Shown in pieces: positions 55,848 through 64,000 of a stretch of 64,000 nt of DNA; positions within the stretch are counted from its first letter, which is position 1; the number at the start of each line of letters is the position of its first letter. The stretch spans positions 18,875 through 82,874 of the forward strand of contig JAYUGC010000036.1 of NCBI GenBank assembly GCA_043767805.1, given 5' to 3'. Below the pieces are notes generated by a model that had not been told where the DNA came from, searched no databases, and saw only the letters and a program-made list of their open reading frames with translations. The DNA is from Pseudomonadota bacterium (GTDB lineage Bacteria; Bdellovibrionota; FAC87; UBA2466). The position numbers were made by a program, and so were the translations under genes.

Positions 55848-58090
55848 TGGATTTCCCTTAAACTAACCACCACGGATTTCGACGTGGGCGTTTGGCTCTT
55901 GTCGGCGAAGCTATCCACGGGAACCAGGACGTTCGTCTCGGGAAAATAGGTGGCGAGACAGCGCCGAGGAATGTCGTACTCCACGATGGTGAAGTTCGGA
56001 GCGATTCGCTCCTCGCCTTTGAAGTGGCCGATGAGGTCGACTTGTTTCCCATCGGTAAACCCGGCGGCGCGGATGTCCTCGCCGTTCATCAAGACGACGC
56101 GCCGGCCTTGATAGATGCCGCGGTATCTGTCGTCGAGTCCATAGATCGTCGTGTTGTATTGATCGTGGCTACGGATCGTCATCATCAGGAATTGGCCGTC
56201 CGCCAAATTATGGTGGGGAAGGGGATGAAGCGTGAACTCCGCTCGCCCACTCAAAGTGGCGAAGCGTCTTTCGTCCCGTACGGGATGAGGCAGAACGAAC
56301 CCGCTGGGAAGCCGCGCTTTCTCTTTGAATTTCTCAAAACCGGGAATCACCCGTTCGATGTGGTCGCGGATAAGATCGTAGTTATTCGCGTAGCCACTCC
56401 AGTCTTCTCCGAGAACCGCCTTGGCGAGCCCGCACACGATTTGCACTTCGCTGAGTAAACGGGATGAGGCGGGCGGAAGCCTGCCGTGGGACGGATGAAC
56501 GACTCCCATGGAGTTCTCCACCGTGATGAACTGGCCCCGATCGGCTTCCGTTCGCCCCAGGCACGGCAAGATGAGTGCGCGCTTACCCGTCATCAAATGA
56601 GAGCGGTTGAGTTTCGTCGAGACTTGCACCGTAAGCCGGCAGTTGCCGAGCGCTTTTCCAGTGAGGTCCGTATCGGGCGAGGCCGACAGGAAATTTCCGC
56701 CCAAGGCGAAAAACACTTTGCCTCGGCCGTCGGCCATCGCCTTGATGGAATCGACGACATCGAAGCCGGGTTTGCGGGGCGGGGCAAACTGAAATTCCTT
56801 TTCCAAAGCGTCGAGGAAAGCCGCGGGCGGTTTTTCCCAAATGCCCATGGTGCGATCGCCTTGAACATTGCTGTGTCCCCGCACGGGACAAGCGCCCGCA
56901 CCGGGTTTGCCGAAATTGCCGCGCAGGGAAAGGAAGTTCACGATCTCCTGAATGTTGGCGACCGCGTTCTTGTGCTGGGTGAGCCCCATGGCCCAACAAA
57001 CGATGGTGCCCTCGGAGGAAGCCGCGAGCTCGGCGACTGTGCGGAGCTCGGCTTCGGATACCCCGCTCGATTCGACGATAGCCGCCCATTCCACCGCCTC
57101 GATGTGCTTAGCCCACGCCTCGAATCCTCGCGTGTGTTCCTGAACGAAAGCCCAGTCCAAGACGGTGCCTGGAGCTTTCTTCTCCAGTTCCAGCATGGCT
57201 TTGGTGATGCCTTGAAACACCGCGACGTCGCCGTTGATGCGCACGCGAAGGTCGACACTCGAAAGAGCGGTTCCCGACCCTAAGACTCCCGACATCTGCT
57301 GCGGGTGCTTGAAACGCCTGAGTCCCGTCTCTCTAAGCGGATTGATGGAAACAATCTTACAACCGCGCAACGCCGCCCCTTGGAGCGCGCTCAGCATGCG
57401 CGGGTGATTCGTTCCGGGATTTTGGCCCACGACCAGAATGAGATCGGCCTTATTAAAATCACCGAGCGTGACGGTACCCTTGCCACTTCCGATGGTTTCC
57501 ATGAGGCCGATGCCGCTCGATTCGTGGCACAAGTTGGAGCAATCGGGCAGATTGTTCGTGCCGAATTTTCGAACGAGGAGCTGATAGAGAAACGCGGCTT
57601 CGTTGCTAGTGCGCCCCGACGTATAAAAAATCGCCTCATTGGGTGAGCCGAGCGCTTTCAGCTCCTTGGCGACGAGAGAAAAGGCCGTTTCCCAGCTCAC
57701 CGGCTCGTAATGCTCTTTCTCAGCATCGAGCCACATGGGTTCCGTGAGGCGCCCCTGTTGGCCGAGCCAGTAATCGCTCTTCTCTCTAAGTTGAGTCACC
57801 GTCCACTGAGCAAAAAAATCTCGCGTTACTCGGAGCGTCGTCGCTTCTTCCGCCACCGCCTTCGCCCCGTTCTCACAGAACTCGGCCATGGCTCGGTGAT
57901 CCTCGGGCTCGGGCCAAGCGCAGCCGGGGCAATCAAAGCCGCCTTTTTGATTGAGCCGCGTGAGCGTTTGAATCCCACGCCAAAAGCCCGCCTGGCGTCC
58001 CATGAATTTCAAGGACGAGAGAACGGCCGGGATTCCGCCCGCCACTAATTTGGGCTTTTTAACGAGGAGCGGTTTTGTTTCATCCGGCAT
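55844..58090 (-). CDS. FdhF/YdeP family molybdopterin oxidoreductase
   Basis: GFDCPGCAW, CENGAK, NNLPDCSN.CHE, RGHSNVQG, RSHDQYNTT. Confidence 0.93.
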   Translation of the reverse strand: MPDETKPLLVKKPKLVAGGIPAVLSSLKFMGRQAGFWRGIQTLTRLNQKGGFDCPGCAWPEPEDHRAMAEFCENGAKAVAEEATTLRVTRDFFAQWTVTQLREKSDYWLGQQGRLTEPMWLDAEKEHYEPVSWETAFSLVAKELKALGSPNEAIFYTSGRTSNEAAFLYQLLVRKFGTNNLPDCSNLCHESSGIGLMETIGSGKGTVTLGDFNKADLILVVGQNPGTNHPRMLSALQGAALRGCKIVSINPLRETGLRRFKHPQQMSGVLGSGTALSSVDLRVRINGDVAVFQGITKAMLELEKKAPGTVLDWAFVQEHTRGFEAWAKHIEAVEWAAIVESSGVSEAELRTVAELAASSEGTIVCWAMGLTQHKNAVANIQEIVNFLSLRGNFGKPGAGACPVRGHSNVQGDRTMGIWEKPPAAFLDALEKEFQFAPPRKPGFDVVDSIKAMADGRGKVFFALGGNFLSASPDTDLTGKALGNCRLTVQVSTKLNRSHLMTGKRALILPCLGRTEADRGQFITVENSMGVVHPSHGRLPPASSRLLSEVQIVCGLAKAVLGEDWSGYANNYDLIRDHIERVIPGFEKFKEKARLPSGFVLPHPVRDERRFATLSGRAEFTLHPLPHHNLADGQFLMMTIRSHDQYNTTIYGLDDRYRGIYQGRRVVLMNGEDIRAAGFTDGKQVDLIGHFKGEERIAPNFTIVEYDIPRRCLATYFPETNVLVPVDSFADKSQTPTSKSVVVSLREIQ

Positions 58091-58478
58091 GGCTGGTCCC
58101 ACACGAGGGATTGGGATTGGCGTAATTGTCGTGCTGCTCCTCTTGCCAGACGGCGCGCGGATTGAGGCAGGTGAAATCTTTTTCCACGAGAAGCTTCAGG
58201 GGACCATTACCGGCCGCGGGTTGTTCTCCGATGAGGCTAATCTCGTCCGAATTGGCCCATTCGAGCGCTTGCAGGCGAGGCAGAAAGATCCGGATGGAGC
58301 CGGCTTCAAAGGTGGCTTGCATCTGACGGACGTGCTCGTGGGACTCGACGGAATATTTCAGAATCTGGCCGGGCGCGAACTCGGTCGTCTCTTCCACGGT
58401 GCCTTCTTCGGCTAAACGACGCACTTCGCTCTTTAGCAGTCTCAGTCTAAGAGAGTTTCCCCGAATTCTTACCTTCAT
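58080..58478 (-). CDS. Conserved hypothetical protein (DUF7009-like)
   Basis: MKVRIRGNSLRLRL..SEV, L.LLVEKDF.CL; coupled to fdhD. Confidence 0.75.
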   Translation of the reverse strand: MKVRIRGNSLRLRLLKSEVRRLAEEGTVEETTEFAPGQILKYSVESHEHVRQMQATFEAGSIRIFLPRLQALEWANSDEISLIGEQPAAGNGPLKLLVEKDFTCLNPRAVWQEEQHDNYANPNPSCGTSHAG

Positions 58479-59308
58479 ATCCGCACCCGCCACTGCCCGT
58501 GATAGACGTTGAAACGATCTTCTCTCAAAAACCCTATGAGCGTCATGTCGAAACGTTTCGCCAGATCCACGGCGAGGCTCGACGGCGCGCCGACCGCGAT
58601 GAGGCACCGGATTCCCGCGACACAAGCTTTCTGCATGAGCTCGAAGCTCGCCCGTCCGCTCACGAAGAGGAGGTGGTCGGAGAGGGGCAAGGCGTTCGCC
58701 AAGAAGCGTTCCCCAATGAGCTTATCGACGGCATTGTGCCGGCCCACGTCTTCAAAAACGGAGACTAGCTCTCCGTGAGACGTGAAAAGCGCTGCCGCAT
58801 GAATCCCACCCGTTTGATCGAAAACGGCTTGTGCCCGGCGGACTTCACCGGGCACTTGGTGCAACCACTTCGCTTCGAACAGGGGGCCTGCTTCACCGAA
58901 GGAGCGTAATCCCGGAACCGCAAGAGACTCCAAAGAGCTCTTTCCGCAAACTCCGCAGCTCGAGGAAGAATAGAAGTGGCGCTGTAAACGTCCCAAGTCC
59001 AGCTCGACGCCCTCTCTCAGATCGACTCGAATGGTATTGGGTGTTGCGCAGGGCGTGACGGCCCGGACGTCGGCGGGCGTCCGCAAGATCCCTTCGGTGA
59101 AGAGAAAGCCCACCGCGAGCTCCCGATCTTTTCCCGGAGTCCGCATGGTGACTGAAATGCTTTTGCGCACATCTCGGCCCGCCTCGTGGTAGCCCAGCCG
59201 GATTTCAAGTGGCTCCTCGAGCACGATGCGATCTTGATCTTCAGAAAGTGCGGCACCGCGCACGCGGTGAATGGATCGTTCTACGCTTTGCGGGATCTCT
59301 AACGACAT
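58475..59308 (-). CDS. fdhD: Formate dehydrogenase accessory sulfurtransferase FdhD
   Basis: EEPLEI, TMRTPG, SSCGVCG, TGG.HAA, EDVGRHNAVDK. Confidence 0.94.
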   Translation of the reverse strand: MSLEIPQSVERSIHRVRGAALSEDQDRIVLEEPLEIRLGYHEAGRDVRKSISVTMRTPGKDRELAVGFLFTEGILRTPADVRAVTPCATPNTIRVDLREGVELDLGRLQRHFYSSSSCGVCGKSSLESLAVPGLRSFGEAGPLFEAKWLHQVPGEVRRAQAVFDQTGGIHAAALFTSHGELVSVFEDVGRHNAVDKLIGERFLANALPLSDHLLFVSGRASFELMQKACVAGIRCLIAVGAPSSLAVDLAKRFDMTLIGFLREDRFNVYHGQWRVRI

Positions 59309-60156
59309 TACATTTCCCTTAGCGTGGAAAGCGCTCGCCGTACCGTCGTGTCCTGGCCGAAGATTCTTTCCAGCGGCAAAAGCCGGAAGAGGAGAAAGAG
59401 CAGGAACCCTCCGGCGATGGGGCGAATGAGTCCCCAGACGACGGTCGCGCGAGGCGACTCGGCCCAGAGAAAGAAGGCGAGGGTCAAAAGCAGCGAGCCA
59501 AGAAAAAGCGGGTTGCAGAGGTCGCGTAGCGCGAGCCAAATAGGGTGGCGCGGCCGAGCGTTCTCGGAAATGGCCCCCGGCTTCTTGCGAAATCGCATTA
59601 TGGTTCCCAAATAGCGCTCGAACGAAGTTTGAGGGGTTCGGTAAGCCGCCACGACGACTCCCAAGGAGAGCAGGCATTTCACACCGACGAGTATGAACAC
59701 GAGGGTCAACGATACTGGCGTGCCGAAGGCTTTATCGATGCCCCGGAACACCAAGGTCACGGCCTGCACCAGGGTCTCGCCGAAAAGCAGGTAAGCAATA
59801 GCGAGCGGCTGAAAGAAGGGCCAGAGTCCCAAGAGAAGCATCCCGACGGACAAGCCAACCGGGTTGAGGCCGAACAAAGTCAGCCCGAAGGTGAGGCACA
59901 AGCCCTGAGCGCTGATGGCGAGCATTGGCGTGAGGCGATTGCCCGCGGGCGAAAGTGATTTCAATACCGCGCTGACGTTGGAGACTTCCGCGGGCAGAGT
60001 CTTGGAGCGCTGACTGAGAGACGCGCGCGAAAGCAAAAGCCCCTGGTTCAGGGACAAGAAGTGCCCGGTCAATGGCACCTTGAAAGCATGTAAAGCGCTT
60101 CCCAGGCCAATCTCTACAAATGAGAGCAGAGCGGCGTTTGCGACAATCGCATCCAT
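59308..60156 (-). CDS. Multi-pass hypothetical membrane protein
   Basis: Several TM helices; GGGAG-type coupling to neighbours; TAATG overlap with fdhD. Confidence 0.75.
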   Translation of the reverse strand: MDAIVANAALLSFVEIGLGSALHAFKVPLTGHFLSLNQGLLLSRASLSQRSKTLPAEVSNVSAVLKSLSPAGNRLTPMLAISAQGLCLTFGLTLFGLNPVGLSVGMLLLGLWPFFQPLAIAYLLFGETLVQAVTLVFRGIDKAFGTPVSLTLVFILVGVKCLLSLGVVVAAYRTPQTSFERYLGTIMRFRKKPGAISENARPRHPIWLALRDLCNPLFLGSLLLTLAFFLWAESPRATVVWGLIRPIAGGFLLFLLFRLLPLERIFGQDTTVRRALSTLREM

Positions 60157-60166
60157 AAAGGGAGAA

Positions 60167-60646
60167 CTACCAGACCTTTACGATTTCGTACTCTTTGATC
60201 GTACGCTGCACGGCGACGTCCACCGAGTCTCCGACTTTTCGCCCCATCACGGCCTGTCCCAAAGGGGAAAGGGGGGTAACCACATGAACGGTCTTCCCCT
60301 CTTGAGTGACGCTCAAGCCCCCGCCTTTAGGCATGACGAGGTAGAACGTGGCTTTCCCATCGCACTCGAGCTGCACTAAAGCGGTGCTGGCGATGGGAGT
60401 CTCCGGCCCGAACGGTCTTAAGTCCACGTGCTGGTACAGAGCGCGCATTTCCTCGAGCTCCATGGCACGTTTGGACTGGGCGCCGGCCAAGTAAGACGCC
60501 TCCACCGCGCGGGTATCGTACTGATCTTCCGCTTTGCTCTCGGTGTGGGTGGCGGCTTCATGGGCGGCCAAGGCCGCCTGCGTGAAGATGGCCAGGTCTT
60601 GGGCGATGACCGTCGCGAATTTCTGAATGAGCTCCTGTTTGTCCAT
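60167..60646 (-). CDS. GreA/GreB family protein
   Basis: E.KAE.QYDTR..EASYLA, SPLGQA.MG.KVGD. Confidence 0.85.
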   Translation of the reverse strand: MDKQELIQKFATVIAQDLAIFTQAALAAHEAATHTESKAEDQYDTRAVEASYLAGAQSKRAMELEEMRALYQHVDLRPFGPETPIASTALVQLECDGKATFYLVMPKGGGLSVTQEGKTVHVVTPLSPLGQAVMGRKVGDSVDVAVQRTIKEYEIVKVW

Positions 60647-60722
60647 GGCCGCCCAAAATAGCATGTCTCCGGCGCAGCTCGCCAGCTTTCGATTCGTCCC
60701 TTTTTGCAGTAAAGTCCCAAGC

Positions 60723-61211
60723 ATGTCTTTATCGCTAAATAAGATTGAAACGGCGCTCAAAGAAATGGGCCTTCAGGTCGAGATAGAGGGCAAGACCGTG
60801 GTCCATTCGACCAAGGGCCGCAACGCACCTCTCATCAATACCGTCGTCACCATCGACGACGACGATAGCGCCGCGACGATTCTTTCCGCGCTAGGCGAAA
60901 CCATTTCTCCAGAAAAGCGCTTGGCCGTCTGCGAGCTCTTGAACTTAGTCCACGGTCAAAGTCTCTGGAATGTGCGCTTTCACCTGGATGAGACGGGCCA
61001 AGTTTTTTCGGTCGGCAAAGTGATGACGTGGAGCAAGCCTTTCAATCCCATGCAACTCGGCGATATTTTCTTTTCGCTGCTAGTCACTACCGATCGCCTG
61101 TACCCGTGCTTGATCGCCGTTAATGAGAACGGCAAGACCGCGGAAGAAGCCTTCGAGCTTTTCTTCATTGCTTCAAAGGAAGGCGACGACGATCCAAAGT
61201 CCGACGGCTGA
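60723..61211 (+). CDS. YbjN / T3SS-chaperone-fold protein
   Basis: Acidic 162-aa protein; CELLN, RFHLD..G pattern. Confidence 0.6.
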   Translation: MSLSLNKIETALKEMGLQVEIEGKTVVHSTKGRNAPLINTVVTIDDDDSAATILSALGETISPEKRLAVCELLNLVHGQSLWNVRFHLDETGQVFSVGKVMTWSKPFNPMQLGDIFFSLLVTTDRLYPCLIAVNENGKTAEEAFELFFIASKEGDDDPKSDG

Positions 61212-61781
61212 GCCGCCTTTAGCTTTAGCTCTAAGGTTGAGAAATTCCTCGTCCGTTTGTCGCTGGGCCCAAAGCGTATCGCTGGAAGCAAGCTCGTACG
61301 TTTTTTGCGTATTCGGATCCAAAACCTCGACGTTCCCTTCGAGGCAGAAAAAGAAGTGTTCCTTTCGCTGCAGAGAGAACTGAAGCTCTTCCTTGCCTTT
61401 GAAATGGGCTGGATAGACCGCTCCGCGGGCTTTGCCCCGAAGCGTAAACAGATTGAAATCTTCGGCGGCCTTTTCCACCGTGGCTACCGTCGCCGCTTCT
61501 CCTTTAAACACATGGGCCTGGAGCGGAATGAGAGGCCGAGGCGATTTGCCATCGTGAGTTAGTCGCATGGGCCCGCCGGAAATCAATGTGAGGCTGCGAT
61601 CGTAGCCCGGGTACGGCGAGAAAGGGCCCGATTCTGGAACGGCCGCCCAGCTGAGGCGCCAGGGAAACGGATTGCCTTCGCCTTTTGCGATCTCGCGCGT
61701 CGAACCTTTGCCATTCTTCCACGGCTGGTCCGCATATTCTTTCAAGGTCAGCACCTTGAGGTTTAGTCCACTCGTCTCCAT
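61173..61781 (-). CDS. HutD family protein
   Basis: PWKNGKGSTREI, WRLS.A, GPFS.YPG.DR, DFN. Confidence 0.9.
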   Translation of the reverse strand: METSGLNLKVLTLKEYADQPWKNGKGSTREIAKGEGNPFPWRLSWAAVPESGPFSPYPGYDRSLTLISGGPMRLTHDGKSPRPLIPLQAHVFKGEAATVATVEKAAEDFNLFTLRGKARGAVYPAHFKGKEELQFSLQRKEHFFFCLEGNVEVLDPNTQKTYELASSDTLWAQRQTDEEFLNLRAKAKGGSAVGLWIVVAFL

Positions 61782-61870
61782 CGGCTTATATTCTACCCGA
61801 CTTGCCGCGTTCGCGAGGGGCCTCGTCTCTGTGCTATTTTCTGGGGGAATCCCTTTCAGGAGGCAAACGC

Positions 61871-62137
61871 ATGATCCGAACGTTTTGGCTGACCGTCGCT
61901 CTGGCCTTGGTTTCGTCGATTTCCGTTTCCGCATCGCCCCGCTCGACTCGCTACACGAGCTTCGAGCCTTGCAATTATTGGAACTATGACTACCAGTCCG
62001 GCACCTACACTTGCCGCAACACGAGCTTTCGGATCAACGTATTCACCGCGCAGGAAACTCAAAGTCTCGTCGATGCGCAGGAACGCAGAATTCAAGATCT
62101 CGAGCGCCGTCTCACCGCGCTCGAGCAAAAACCCTAA
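61871..62137 (+). CDS. Small secreted protein with Cys pair and coiled-coil tail
   Basis: AGGAGG RBS, signal peptide, C.YW......TYTC, RRIQDLERRLTALE. Confidence 0.75.
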   Translation: MIRTFWLTVALALVSSISVSASPRSTRYTSFEPCNYWNYDYQSGTYTCRNTSFRINVFTAQETQSLVDAQERRIQDLERRLTALEQKP

Positions 62138-63009
62138 TGGACAAAACGGCGCGCGTGGCACTCGATCGGGCTCCCGAACCTCTCGCTCCCTACTTTAAGC
62201 AAGGGTGGGAGGGGCTCCTTTCCCGTATTTTCCGAAACGGCTTTACCGTTTTGGGGCGGGAGAAAGATGTGCCGCGCACGGCGGACGCTCGCCACTGGCT
62301 TTTTGAGCCGGGTCTGCCTCCGAGTTATTCGGCGGCGGGCCGTATGCGCTTCACGCTCACTTTGAGAGATGCCTTAGGTCTCGCCCCTAAGCGCGTCCTG
62401 GAAGTAGCCGCGGGCGGCGGGCTTCTCTCCGCGTGTCTCGCGGAGCCGGACCGCCGCATGGTCGTCAACGATCTGCGCGATATGACTTCCGAGATTGCGC
62501 AATGGAGAACGGGAACGCCGCTCGAGTTCATACAAGGCAATCTACTCGAGCTCGATCCCGCGAAAGTCGGCGCCTTCGATCTCGTGTTGGCCTGCGACGT
62601 CATCGAGCATGTCGCCCACGGCGATAAGTTCCTCACCCAGCTACGGAAGTTTCTGAAGCCGGGCGGTCATTTGCTACTGACCACGCCCAATGGCTCCAAC
62701 TACCGCAATAAGCTGCCGACGCATTCTCAGATTCGCGATTTCACCGCGCTCGAAGCGAAACAGTTCAAGCCCGATGCGGACGGCCACATCTTTCTCTACA
62801 CGAAAGAAGAGCTCGAAAAGGTCGCCCAGGCGGCGGGCTTCGCGGCTGAGCGTTGGTATTACTCCGTGACCCCTTGGATTTCTGGTCAGGGCGGGCTTCG
62901 CTGGCTGCCGAAATTCGCGTTTCTGATCCCGCTCTACTTAAAGCTCGAGCGGCTTTTCGCTCGCCGCCTCTTTTCCGCGCAGATTACGCTGCTCGCTCGC
63001 GCGGTCTAG
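62137..63009 (+). CDS. Class I SAM-dependent methyltransferase
   Basis: VLEVAAGGG, FDLV..DVIEH, LKPGG.LLLTTPN; TAATG overlap. Confidence 0.85.
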   Translation: MDKTARVALDRAPEPLAPYFKQGWEGLLSRIFRNGFTVLGREKDVPRTADARHWLFEPGLPPSYSAAGRMRFTLTLRDALGLAPKRVLEVAAGGGLLSACLAEPDRRMVVNDLRDMTSEIAQWRTGTPLEFIQGNLLELDPAKVGAFDLVLACDVIEHVAHGDKFLTQLRKFLKPGGHLLLTTPNGSNYRNKLPTHSQIRDFTALEAKQFKPDADGHIFLYTKEELEKVAQAAGFAAERWYYSVTPWISGQGGLRWLPKFAFLIPLYLKLERLFARRLFSAQITLLARAV

Positions 63010-63872
63010 CGCCGGAGTTTCTCTAAAATCACGCCGTACCGAAACGGTAGCTTTTCCCCGCGCCGCACGGCTTTGTATATGGTTTGGTCCACTCGCTTCG
63101 GGAGCTGAACGAGATTGATCTCGTTTCTGCGGAAATACCGGCGGCAAGCGGTCTCCGGCAGGATGGCAAAGCCCAGGCCCTCCGCCACGGGATCGAGAAT
63201 TCGGTTGAGCTGGTTGATGGTAATAGAGACCGGAATGTCGGCCATGCCGGTAAATTCCTCCGGAAAATTGCGTGCGAGAAGCGGGCCCGCGTAGTTGAAC
63301 CCGTCAGGATGGTTGATGAAGCCCAGTTCTTTCAAAGCGGCGAGAGTAGTAACTCGCTTCCCCTTGGGCAGCGCGAGGAGGATGGCTTCTTTCGCGAATA
63401 TTTCGGACTCGATCGCGGGGTCTTTCGGCTCTTCGGACATCAAGCCGACGTCGATAGCTTCCTCTTTCAGATACCGAACGATGGAGGCACTGGGCGCGAC
63501 CAGCATGTCGATCGTAAGCCCGGAGTGCTTCTTTTTCTCCTCAATCAAGATGTCGAAGACTTTGAGGGCGAGACTGCCGGGGCTACCGAAGCGGCAGAGC
63601 CCGAGATGCGGATCGTCGGTTTTTAGCCCGTCCTGGAAACGCCGGTGCTCGTCGAAGAGCCGCTTTCCGTAGGCGACGAGGTCTTTGCCGGCATCGGTGA
63701 GCAGGAAGGTTTTGCTTTTGCGGCTCACCAGCGGAATGCCGTAGTACTCCTCGAGCTTCTTCAAATGCTGAGAGACCCCAGGCTGGGTCATATGCAGGCG
63801 CTCGGACGCCTTGGTGAAGTGCTTGGTTTCCGCAAGGGCCAGGAAGGTCCGGATTAGCTCTGGATTGATCAT
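63006..63872 (-). CDS. LysR family transcriptional regulator
   Basis: F..L....HFTKA...L.MTQP.VSQH.K.LE, LT.AG. Confidence 0.94.
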   Translation of the reverse strand: MINPELIRTFLALAETKHFTKASERLHMTQPGVSQHLKKLEEYYGIPLVSRKSKTFLLTDAGKDLVAYGKRLFDEHRRFQDGLKTDDPHLGLCRFGSPGSLALKVFDILIEEKKKHSGLTIDMLVAPSASIVRYLKEEAIDVGLMSEEPKDPAIESEIFAKEAILLALPKGKRVTTLAALKELGFINHPDGFNYAGPLLARNFPEEFTGMADIPVSITINQLNRILDPVAEGLGFAILPETACRRYFRRNEINLVQLPKRVDQTIYKAVRRGEKLPFRYGVILEKLRR

Positions 63873-63885
63873 AATGGAAATTTAT
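63871..63885. promoter_or_regulatory. LysR-type binding site
   Basis: ATAA-N7-TTAT overlapping the lysR start, in the divergent intergenic region. Confidence 0.6.
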
Positions 63886-63973
63886 TGAAAACATCATAAC
63901 CCATAATTTAAGTCAGAACGCAACGGAGCGTAGGTTGCGTCTTAAGAAACGAACCCAAACAGGAGACGAATCA

Positions 63974-64000
63974 ATGAAAGCAGTAGTTGGAAAGTTAGTG
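63974..64000 (+). CDS. Start of a divergent gene, probable LysR target (partial)
   Basis: AGGAG RBS then ATG, MKAVVGKLV... Confidence 0.6.

Overview
GC-rich (roughly 60% by eye) bacterial chromosomal segment with about 70 densely packed CDSs and no rRNA, tRNA, CRISPR array, integrase or transposase. The many secreted hypotheticals and sigma54-type promoters suggest a Bdellovibrionota/deltaproteobacterium-like organism (inference). Recognisable blocks: alkylation repair (adaA-alkA fusion, ogt); two general-stress clusters (11.3-16 kb, 28.7-31.3 kb) with sigma54 -24/-12 motifs; a nucleobase-catabolism region (xanthine dehydrogenase-family genes with xdhC and mocA, cytosine deaminase, and a reductive pyrimidine operon lacking preT); and an fdhD/YdeP/mobA operon. 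Best novelty candidates: (1) a lower-GC module encoding an ECF-like sigma factor, a small unknown protein, an IrrE/CapP-type metallopeptidase and DUF72, divergent from an orphan RecT-like annealase, possibly a protease-triggered sigma-factor DNA-damage switch; (2) two copies of a 73-88 bp palindromic element with a compensatory base change and a sigma54-like motif in each loop; (3) a structured, possibly pseudoknotted leader at 50.6-50.77 kb; (4) a secreted Ig-like/Cys-repeat/Pro-Met-Asn protein directly upstream of a membrane-fused spermidine synthase. All family calls come from motif recognition by eye; no searches were run.
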